Shown: positions 55,914 through 64,000 of the stretch, one piece after another
Position numbering within the stretch: the first letter of the stretch is position 1
Layout of the letters: the number at the start of each line of letters is the position of its first letter
From: a virus
Length of the DNA: 64,000 bases
IMG/VR virus record: IMGVR_UViG_3300006615_000024
Strand: one strand, 5' to 3'
Position numbers and translations under genes: made by a program
The notes under the pieces: generated by a model
Databases searched by the model: none
Seen by the model: the letters and a program-made list of their open reading frames with translations, nothing else
What the model was told of the DNA's origin: nothing

Positions 55914-56731
55914 GTTACTTTGACCCAATTAGAAAAGACTTCCAATTTAAATTAGGAGGAAAAGCAGGTAAAGTATTGAATGGAGTTAATTGGTTTCTAA
56001 AACAAATCAATAAACCACCTATAACTATGGCCGGAGTTTACAAACCTAAGACTGGTGAAACCACTATCTTTCTAAATGCGTTTAAGAAATTAATGGATAA
56101 CCCTGAAGTTTCTGAAGAAAAGGTAGTAGATTTACTTAGTGATACTCTTACCCATGAGTATCTTCATAAAATAACAATGGAAGACCCTGTATTCGCTAGA
56201 GAATGGCAAGAATGGAAAAAGGCTAATTCTAGTAATTTTTTACATGCTAGAATGAAAGATGCAAATGCACAGGAACTAGTTGCGTATGGAATGATGGATA
56301 AAGAGATACAAGCATTAGATGGTTTGTCTCAACACTATTCGGTGGATGAAAACATTCGTGAAGCGGCTTCTAAGGTTGTTAGTGAGTTAAGAACAAAGGC
56401 TAAAGAAAATGATATGAAAACAATTGCATGGGCTAGAGAACATGGTATTACTCCTAGATTGAAAATGTGGGAGTTTGTAGAAGCATCGAATAAAGGTACT
56501 AATGTTAATATTAGCAAGTTTGATAGTCTTCATCATAGTGCGACTATGCAGGGTTCAGTAAACGCCGATGATGATTCTTGGTTTAACATACTAAGAATGG
56601 GAGGGGCAGTTACTACTACCGCAACAGGAACATCGGCATTATTCAACAATAAAACAGGAGGGGGAAAAAAACGTGGTAGCAAGAAAAAAGCCCGTAAGAA
56701 AAAAGAAAGGTATGGCAGTAAAACTACCTGA
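55910..56731 (+). CDS. Putative zincin-like metallopeptidase
   Basis: GVYKP...TIFLN...TLTHEYLH (HEXXH) with a downstream Glu (QELVAY). Confidence 0.6.
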   Translation: MSYFDPIRKDFQFKLGGKAGKVLNGVNWFLKQINKPPITMAGVYKPKTGETTIFLNAFKKLMDNPEVSEEKVVDLLSDTLTHEYLHKITMEDPVFAREWQEWKKANSSNFLHARMKDANAQELVAYGMMDKEIQALDGLSQHYSVDENIREAASKVVSELRTKAKENDMKTIAWAREHGITPRLKMWEFVEASNKGTNVNISKFDSLHHSATMQGSVNADDDSWFNILRMGGAVTTTATGTSALFNNKTGGGKKRGSKKKARKKKERYGSKTT

Positions 56732-57797
56732 TGGTAGTAAGGCCACTACTGATATTCAGGCTAAGTCATTTAGACAAGAGTTTGAGATTTGGGAAAGAAA
56801 GGCTGAAGGTCTTACTGGTGATGCTATTGGTATGATAAGTCCTGAAGCAAGTGGGATGAGTTTACTAGATTTAGTAAAGAATCAAGGTATAGCAGGTAGA
56901 GTCAAGGGAAAGACTGGAACTAAGATAAAAGGTAAAGGCGGAGTTCAGATTTTTAAAGCATTAAAGTCTATATTCAATTCTCCTTCTATGAGTCCTGAAC
57001 AAGAGACAGCACTCAAAGCATTAGATAGTGTGATGAACGGTATTCAAGGAACTAAGGCAGACCCTAGAAATATTAGGTTTTCAAACCCAAGTAACTGGGA
57101 TGACGATGATGGAACTGTTATATCTACTAAGCCCATTTATGGACATTACAGAACTGACCAATATGAAATAGTTAGAGAACTGAAAGATGAAGATGTTCCT
57201 GCTAAAGATTCTGAATGGTATAATACTAGTCCTAATACTGCTGAACCTCCAATGTGGCAAGTGCTTTACGGTGATGGTAATACTTCACCTTTCAATTCCC
57301 CTAGTTTACATACTATTGTGAAGAATGCGATAAAGCGTTTAGATGAGGCCAAGTTAACTATTGGAAAAGATAACCCCGTACCCATTGAAGGAGCGAAGGC
57401 TGCAACTACGGCTCTAACAATATCAGTTATCAGACAGGTAATTGATTCTGCTTTGGATAAAGGCAAGGGTACAACAGGTTCATTTCCTGATTCTACCATT
57501 TATAGAATGTTCAAAAATCAATCTTTTGATATTAGAACAGAGAAAGAATCAGATGCTGTTAAGACATTGAAAAATCTAAATGTCCCAAATGACATTGAAG
57601 AGTGTTGGTTCAAGTTGTCTAGAAGGCAGATTAAGAGGATGGCTGTTATTCGTGCCAAGTCAAAAGGAATGGCAATGCACTACAAACAGATAAGTGGGGA
57701 TGTGGCAAGAAGTCCACTCAAGTTTGGTGAAAGACCTGAACCCGATGAAGAGAAGAAGTCGTTTGATAGTTGGCAAGATATGTTGGTGAAATTATGA
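56673..57797 (+). CDS. Hypothetical protein (probable virion/late)
   Basis: 374-aa ORF. Confidence 0.65.
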   Translation: MVARKKPVRKKKGMAVKLPDGSKATTDIQAKSFRQEFEIWERKAEGLTGDAIGMISPEASGMSLLDLVKNQGIAGRVKGKTGTKIKGKGGVQIFKALKSIFNSPSMSPEQETALKALDSVMNGIQGTKADPRNIRFSNPSNWDDDDGTVISTKPIYGHYRTDQYEIVRELKDEDVPAKDSEWYNTSPNTAEPPMWQVLYGDGNTSPFNSPSLHTIVKNAIKRLDEAKLTIGKDNPVPIEGAKAATTALTISVIRQVIDSALDKGKGTTGSFPDSTIYRMFKNQSFDIRTEKESDAVKTLKNLNVPNDIEECWFKLSRRQIKRMAVIRAKSKGMAMHYKQISGDVARSPLKFGERPEPDEEKKSFDSWQDMLVKL

Positions 57798-57874
57798 GTT
57801 GTTGTAGAGGAATAAAGAAAATTGATGAAGATAACTGGTCAGGAACTATGTGTCCTTATTGTGGTGAATATTGA

Positions 57875-58531
57875 ATGGTAACAAGAAAACGTTGTAGGCT
57901 TTGTAATCATGAGGACAGGGAATCCCTTGAATCTGATTTGGAGACTATGATTTGTTCACCTGATGATTTAGATATTAGAATGAATTGGCCTAGTGGCACA
58001 AGTGCAAAACATCAACGTAATCACATGGAAGGATATGCAGATGCTTCAAATCCAAGATGTAAACTATGTACATATGAGAACCGTTCAGAAATTGAGCAAG
58101 AACTTTACAGTGGAGATATGACTCCTGATTTAGCGGCTAAGATTGTTGGTAGTTCTAAGGAGCAAGTTGTCAGACACATAAAACAACACACTCAACCTCT
58201 AGTCCAAAAAGCCGCCGCACATATTCTAGCAGTTAAGGAAGTAAATGAGATTGATACTCTTAGTGGTAACATCTCTAGGCTTGAAGGTAAGTTAGACCAA
58301 CTCATGGATTCAGATGATTTGGATGCTAAGTACATAGATTCACTAACTAAGTTAGCAAAAGAGGTTCGTGAATCTTTGAAGTATCTAATGGAGTTCAAGG
58401 GTAAGTTAGTTCACAAGAGACAAGACACTGTTATTATTCATCAAATGCAAATCATCAAAGAAGTGTTGGCACAAAATCATCCTGAAGTTTGGTTAGACGT
58501 TAGAAAGCAAATGGAGGATAAGTTACAATGA
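57875..58531 (+). CDS. Tandem CxxC...HxxxH/HTH protein with a coiled coil; terminase small subunit candidate
   Basis: CRLC...HQRNH and CKLC...HIKQH repeats, followed by a C-terminal coiled coil. Confidence 0.45.
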   Translation: MVTRKRCRLCNHEDRESLESDLETMICSPDDLDIRMNWPSGTSAKHQRNHMEGYADASNPRCKLCTYENRSEIEQELYSGDMTPDLAAKIVGSSKEQVVRHIKQHTQPLVQKAAAHILAVKEVNEIDTLSGNISRLEGKLDQLMDSDDLDAKYIDSLTKLAKEVRESLKYLMEFKGKLVHKRQDTVIIHQMQIIKEVLAQNHPEVWLDVRKQMEDKLQ

Positions 58532-58677
58532 GTTGGTTTGATATTGTTAAGAGAACTGGTAAATCAAAAGGAACTGGTTTACGAGGCAGAGGATATAAAC
58601 CTCCTAAAGATTCAACTTCAAGAAGGAAGGAAGATGAGAAGGAGATTTTAGAACCTGAGTTGGAGGAGTTACAATGA
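58528..58677 (+). CDS. Basic/acidic microprotein (49 aa) with an MSWFDIVK leader; not in the ORF track
   Basis: GGAGG SD; ATGA overlaps at both ends. Confidence 0.65.
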   Translation: MSWFDIVKRTGKSKGTGLRGRGYKPPKDSTSRRKEDEKEILEPELEELQ

Positions 58678-59888
58678 GTTGGTTTAGCGTTTTGAAAATG
58701 CCAATGGTTGTAGGGGCTGATGGTAAAAAACAACCAATGAGAAGTTCAGACATTGAACGTGAGGCTGAATATGAGTTAAAACTCAAAGAACTTGATAGAA
58801 GATTAAATGAATATGATTTAGATGTTACCGCCCTTAAAATCCAAACAGGCGAAATAGACCCATCAATTAGACGTACTATTGCTGATAAGCATGGAGAAAG
58901 TAAAGAAGTGTTTAGTGAGTCGCCAAGAGGTTCGAGCAAATATCTTTGGAGAGGGCTTCGTCTAATAACAGAAAGACCTATGGGAAGTGGTAAATTAAGT
59001 GAACTAAGGGAAAAGTTTCCTGAATGGCACGTTACTTTAGTTAGGAAAACTATTCAGGAAGATACTACTAATGAATATCCTGATGCAGTAGAATATTTCT
59101 TTTCACCTAGAAAAGAAACAATAGCAAGTGGGCGTGCAAAATATCCAAACAAGCCAAGAAAATATGGTAAGCATCAAAGAACTATGCAACAGTATCAACG
59201 TTTTTTAGAAGAAGGAAAAAAACTTGCACTTTTGGATGCTGATGAAAATGTAGTTCAGGACAAGTTCAAAAAATATTTTACTGGTAGAATAAAAGAAATG
59301 TTTTCGCAAGAGGTAATGAAAAATAACAGTTTATCTGCGTATAGAGTTAGAGGGTTTGAAGAATCACTAAAACAGTTTACACCTGATATACCTGAAGAAC
59401 ATGAAGCATACAAGGGTAAATATAAGGATTCTGAAAATCTTAAAGAGGCTATACTATCAAATGAAAGGTTAGTTTTGGAGGCATTACAAACTAAGCATAA
59501 TGAAAAAATGCTAGAACACTTAAACCGTGAATCAACTATTAGTTCATTGATTGTGTATTTTTCAGGCGGAGAAACTATGGATAGATTAGTTAAAAGATAT
59601 TATGAATGGGTTCGTAAAAGTTTACAATATGAGTTAGCCAACGCAATAGCAAAAGCCAAGAAAGACACAACATGGACTGATGCTGAAGAAATGAATAGAA
59701 TGGCAGATGCTATAAAACAACGAAGCGAAAAGCAAGAAAGACATTCACAACTTAATGCGAGTCAAATTAGAAGACCTCGCTCGATTTCTCCTCAGAGATG
59801 GCAACGGATGACTCCTGCACAACGACACAATAGCCAGTTTAGGAAATCATTAGAATGGTTTAGTCAATTAATAGGGGTGAAAGAATGA
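58674..59888 (+). CDS. Hypothetical charged helical protein with an MSWFSVLK leader
   Basis: 404-aa ORF. Confidence 0.7.
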   Translation: MSWFSVLKMPMVVGADGKKQPMRSSDIEREAEYELKLKELDRRLNEYDLDVTALKIQTGEIDPSIRRTIADKHGESKEVFSESPRGSSKYLWRGLRLITERPMGSGKLSELREKFPEWHVTLVRKTIQEDTTNEYPDAVEYFFSPRKETIASGRAKYPNKPRKYGKHQRTMQQYQRFLEEGKKLALLDADENVVQDKFKKYFTGRIKEMFSQEVMKNNSLSAYRVRGFEESLKQFTPDIPEEHEAYKGKYKDSENLKEAILSNERLVLEALQTKHNEKMLEHLNRESTISSLIVYFSGGETMDRLVKRYYEWVRKSLQYELANAIAKAKKDTTWTDAEEMNRMADAIKQRSEKQERHSQLNASQIRRPRSISPQRWQRMTPAQRHNSQFRKSLEWFSQLIGVKE

Positions 59889-61675
59889 ATTGGACAGAGA
59901 TTCTGAAAAGGCAAACTCTCAGTGAGAAAATTGTTGCTTCTAGAAAGTCAGGTAACTTTGATGAGATACTTGCTAATCATGGTAAGTCTCAAATTAGAAG
60001 GGCAGTCAATAATTTGGTAGAGGATGGTTTACCTGAGAAAGCGTTTCAACCTCTGTTGGATAAGTTAGGGGCTTCAAAAAAAGATGATGGTTATGAAAGA
60101 CCTAAAGAAATAAAAATGTATGAGGATTTTCTTGCAGGTAATCACAAACCTCTAATCACTTTCTTAGAAGAAGGAACTGGTAAATCGCCTAGTAAGTTTA
60201 GTAGACTACTCAAGTGGGATGAAGAAAATGGTGAAAAGATATTCAATTACATCAAGGATAAACCTGAACTTTATGGCTATATTACAGATGGTATAGAATT
60301 ACAATTACCTTTAACATTTGAAACTGATAAATTAGAAGGTCTTTCATTTGTTTCAGGTAGCAAGTTGACAGTTACTCTTCCTGAGTTTATGAGTCCTGAA
60401 CAGGCCAAACTATTACAAGGTGGAAAACCGGATAAAGAAATTGTTAGAACTGTCTTAGGAAAAGTGTTTGGTCTTGATGAGTATAAGGAAGACGATGTTA
60501 TATCTTCTCAGAAGTTAGATGTTTCAACTATATCAGATTCATTCGCAGTAGAGTATCTAAAGATGGTTATTAGTTCAATAAGAGGACAAGCAAGAGAACC
60601 ATTTATGCCGAACTTGACTGATTTTGAAAATGTTAAAAGTATTAGTAGAGCAATGAAAACAATACAGCGAGAGTTCTTTGGAGCAGAAAAGAGTTCAGCC
60701 TCAACTAGTAGAATATATCCTGCTTTAGATTACATTTTGAATAACGATACTTTGAATCTAGATGTTGGATTTGTTAAAACTCAAACTAAGCAGTCTCTAC
60801 AAGAGAAGCAATTTATGCAGGACATTAGAGATGGTCTTGTAGATAACGCAGAGATTGTTGCATTGTATAATAAGTTTGTAAAGACTGGGGTTTCTAGTAA
60901 ATATCAACGTAAAAAAGGTATTGCACCAACTCAAACAAAAGGATACGGTCAATTCAAAACAGCAGTGTATAATGCAGAACTAGGAAAGGAGTATGAAGAA
61001 TTAGTTTCTAAAACACAAGTTAGAAGATATACTCTAAAGACAGATTTGCGAGATGCACTTGTTGCTATAATGGAAGGAAGTTCAACAAAGCCACAACAAG
61101 AATTAGTTAGAGCAGAGTTAGGTCATATTTTTGGTTCTAGAGTTAGACGCTCTGTAAAAAATATGAGAGTTGGTGATGTTGAGTTTGGAGAACCTGAACA
61201 GATATTAGCGGCATTAAAAGAAATGGAAGAGAAAGCAGAAGGAACTGTTTCTATAACTGACCCACAACGTATTCCAACATTACAATTTTTATTCGAGGAT
61301 ATTGATAATGACCCAATTGGTAATTATCTAGGTCAAGTAGGAGACACACGAAAGAAGTTGAAAGACTTCAAGGTGTCATCTAAACAATCATTGCAATTTT
61401 CAGATTTACTTACTATGTTAGTACAACTAGAAGGATACATGTTAGGTGATAGAAACCTACAAATCGCTCTAAGAAAACTAAGAAAAGAGAGAACCTCTGA
61501 AGGAATAGACAAGTTCAAGCAAGAATTAGTTGAGACTTATTCTAATATTCATAAAGAATTACTAACTAGAATAAAAGAGAAAATGTCTGAGGTTATGGAG
61601 AAGCCTATACTACATAATAAAAAGGGAGCAACTCAACCGTACCAATGGATTGCTAGTGAAGGTGGTAGAGCATGA
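59885..61675 (+). CDS. Hypothetical charged helical protein with an MNWTEILK leader
   Basis: 596-aa ORF. Confidence 0.7.
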   Translation: MNWTEILKRQTLSEKIVASRKSGNFDEILANHGKSQIRRAVNNLVEDGLPEKAFQPLLDKLGASKKDDGYERPKEIKMYEDFLAGNHKPLITFLEEGTGKSPSKFSRLLKWDEENGEKIFNYIKDKPELYGYITDGIELQLPLTFETDKLEGLSFVSGSKLTVTLPEFMSPEQAKLLQGGKPDKEIVRTVLGKVFGLDEYKEDDVISSQKLDVSTISDSFAVEYLKMVISSIRGQAREPFMPNLTDFENVKSISRAMKTIQREFFGAEKSSASTSRIYPALDYILNNDTLNLDVGFVKTQTKQSLQEKQFMQDIRDGLVDNAEIVALYNKFVKTGVSSKYQRKKGIAPTQTKGYGQFKTAVYNAELGKEYEELVSKTQVRRYTLKTDLRDALVAIMEGSSTKPQQELVRAELGHIFGSRVRRSVKNMRVGDVEFGEPEQILAALKEMEEKAEGTVSITDPQRIPTLQFLFEDIDNDPIGNYLGQVGDTRKKLKDFKVSSKQSLQFSDLLTMLVQLEGYMLGDRNLQIALRKLRKERTSEGIDKFKQELVETYSNIHKELLTRIKEKMSEVMEKPILHNKKGATQPYQWIASEGGRA

Positions 61676-64000
61676 TAGAAGATACTGAACTATACGAAGC
61701 GTTTCAAACTTTATTGGTTAACCCTGATTCAATAGAAGAGTTTGCAGAAAAGAAAGTCAAAGAGTCTGATGAATATAAGGATTTAACATCTGCACAATTG
61801 AAAAATCTACGAAGTAAAATAGAAATGGAAGCAGACGATAGACTTGATGATTATGATGATGGATTCAAACCTGAGTTTCTACATACTTTCTTAGTCAACG
61901 ATAATGACTTCTTTGGAAATGATAAGAAGACTCTATCTAGTAAATATCAACTCAAAGGAAAACAACTGGGTGAGTTAACTAATATCCTAGTTGAAGACAT
62001 TAACAATAAGTACAAGGGATTTAGTGAGATTCCAAAATCTACTAGAGATATAATGGTTAAAACATTATTAAAACTATCAGAAGTTAAAGGCGGTGTTAAG
62101 AGTACCGACTTAGACACAGATGAGATTGATGATAGTAAAACAATTCAAAGAGACAAAGAACTACTAGATAAAACTCTGAAGAACTTCTTAGATGAAAATG
62201 GTAAAATGTTAACGTATAAGAATACAATAGAAGGAGATAGGAGACTAACTAGAGTTTCACTTAGAAATAGAAACGTAAAGATGAGAGAGATTAACAAATG
62301 GAAGTATGTTATTCAGAATCAAACTCCTGCTATTCAAAGAAGACTTCAACCACTACTTTCAGTTTTAAGACCATTAGATAAGGTAGAAGAACAAATAATT
62401 CATTTAGACGCTGACCTAATAATTGGTGAACTTGACCTTAAAAGATTAGATAGACGTAATAGGATTTACAATTTTTGGAGAGGTCATAAGGGTAAGTATA
62501 ATGATTTCAAAGAAGCATATAACGCATGTAATGAAGCCTTTCTTCCTATTAGGGATATGTTAAACACAGAAGAAAATAAGGATGACAAAGACAAACAAGA
62601 GATTGCAGAAGTAATAGATAAGTTTCTGTCTTTCAAGTCTATTATCAATAATGGTGAGTTAGACTACGTTGTGAAAATTAATCCTAAAGAACTAGAACCT
62701 TACTTTAAGAGACACAAGGGACTTGCTCTGTATGAGAAGTTTATTGCTGATGTAGGATTAGATAATCTAAAGGATACTTCTGATGATAGAAGTGCTAGAA
62801 GAGAAGGCTACTATGATAAAGATAGTGGAGATTACAAGGAGACTATTACCGTAGAAGATGGCGGGGAAACGTTTGATTCTGATGATGCTGTTACTCAAGA
62901 AAGAAATGTAAGGGCGGCAGAGAACAAGAAAGAAATGGAAGAGTTATCTAGGTTTGGACTTAAATTAGAAAGACTTACGCAAAAGGTTGACCCTCTTTTC
63001 TATCATGCTTTTACAAAGGATAGTGGAGCATTCAAAGATACTGTTGCTTTTAGAAATGACATTAACACATTAAGGGAAGCAATGCTGAGTGCAGGGGCGG
63101 CTAGAGAAATGTCAACGGGTGTTGACATGGATGACGAAATTAATGACTATGTTGATGCAGTAGAAAAGACAATGGCTAGAGGAGGAAATGGCCCATATTA
63201 TCTACCACTAACAAAAACAGTGAATAGGTTCATGGTTACAGAAAGTTGGAATACTGACGATAAAGCCATGAATACTGAAAGAGGAATTAACAATAGGTTA
63301 AGGAATATTGGAGAGTTTTTAGATAACCTGAGTAAAATACTAGATGCGGGTGATGATTTAGATAGAGCGTCTGCTCCTGCTAAAGCCGAGGTTGGTTCTT
63401 CAAGTAAAGGTGTGCCTCCACAGTCAAGACCACAATTAGGAACAGTAAACAGAAAAGACCACTTAGCAGATATAGAAGAAGCAAGGGAAGAGTTTGATGA
63501 TTTGATTCAAGAAGTCTTAGATTATTTCGTGGTTGCAATTAGTGGGTCTAACAAACCATTCGATGATGAGTTTCCGTTCGACACTAAAACAAGTAAAACC
63601 CAAAGAATATTCAGAGCATTAGCAACTGGTAGAACTGATACTGCATTGTTCAAGGTGTTAGCATTAGAAGGTAGGTCAGGATACATGATGGTAAAACCAA
63701 CTGAGTTAGAAGACTTGACTAGAATGTTAGAGTTTTTGAGTTCAGTGGATGACAAGAAAGATATGGGTAGGTTAGTAAATGAACTAACTAAAGGAATAAA
63801 AGCAGTAAACTTTGTTTTAATGAATAAAAGAAACTCGATATTATCTCAAGAAACTAACATAGAGTTTGGTTCATACTTACATAAGGTACTAGAAGCAAAT
63901 AATATTTCTTGGCCTGAAGGGGAAAAGTTTCCAAATGCTAAAGGTAAGACTCCGGCAGAATGGAATGAGATGTATGATGAATCTAAGGTGTATCCATTTG
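61672..64000 (+). CDS. Large acidic hypothetical protein, 3'-truncated by the window (>770 aa); not in the ORF track
   Basis: ATG overlaps the previous TGA. I translated the first ~200 codons open; the track reports no ORF here, consistent with no in-frame stop before the window end. Confidence 0.7.
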   Translation, partial: MIEDTELYEAFQTLLVNPDSIEEFAEKKVKESDEYKDLTSAQLKNLRSKIEMEADDRLDDYDDGFKPEFLHTFLVNDNDFFGNDKKTLSSKYQLKGKQLGELTNILVEDINNKYKGFSEIPKSTRDIMVKTLLKLSEVKGGVKSTDLDTDEIDDSKTIQRDKELLDKTLKNFLDENGKMLTYKNTIEGDRRLTRVSLRNRNVKMREINKWKYVIQNQTPAIQRRLQPLLSVLRPLDKVEEQIIHLDADLIIGELDLKRLDRRNRIYNFWRGHKGKYNDFKEAYNACNEAFLPIRDMLNTEENKDDKDKQEIAEVIDKFLSFKSIINNGELDYVVKINPKELEPYFKRHKGLALYEKFIADVGLDNLKDTSDDRSARREGYYDKDSGDYKETITVEDGGETFDSDDAVTQERNVRAAENKKEMEELSRFGLKLERLTQKVDPLFYHAFTKDSGAFKDTVAFRNDINTLREAMLSAGAAREMSTGVDMDDEINDYVDAVEKTMARGGNGPYYLPLTKTVNRFMVTESWNTDDKAMNTERGINNRLRNIGEFLDNLSKILDAGDDLDRASAPAKAEVGSSSKGVPPQSRPQLGTVNRKDHLADIEEAREEFDDLIQEVLDYFVVAISGSNKPFDDEFPFDTKTSKTQRIFRALATGRTDTALFKVLALEGRSGYMMVKPTELEDLTRMLEFLSSVDDKKDMGRLVNELTKGIKAVNFVLMNKRNSILSQETNIEFGSYLHKVLEANNISWPEGEKFPNAKGKTPAEWNEMYDESKVYPF

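Overview
A 64-kb segment of an AT-rich tailed dsDNA virus of an archaeon, most likely a magrovirus infecting Marine Group II/Poseidoniales (inferred from the archaeal-type replisome, TFB, GGTGA/GGAGG Shine-Dalgarno sites and marine-type fibres; no database search was run). (1) 1-16.1 kb (+): tail module with a baseplate-hub-like protein, a 3383-aa fibre, a 541-aa adhesin-like fibre and a tail assembly chaperone. (2) 16.1-48.2 kb (-): a near-complete archaeal-type replication and nucleotide block (split PolB, PCNA, RFC-S/L, RPA, PriS-PriL fusion, MCM-like helicase, ligase, ERCC4 and Cas4-like nucleases, class II RNR, UV glycosylase, TFB). Spread through it is a candidate viral ubiquitin-like conjugation pathway (Ubl ending GG-Y, ThiF/E1, JAB protease, E2-like protein). 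(3) 48.3-54.5 kb: a strand-switch region with a hairpin-rich non-coding stretch of about 0.85 kb, a probable origin, a second non-coding RNA of about 245 nt, and seven copies of a composite palindrome, five complete units of which form palindrome-promoter-gene(s)-hairpin cassettes. (4) 54.5-64 kb (+): probable late/head genes, several sharing an S/N-W-x-x-I/V-L/V-K leader. No tRNA, rRNA, CRISPR array, integrase or transposase was found.
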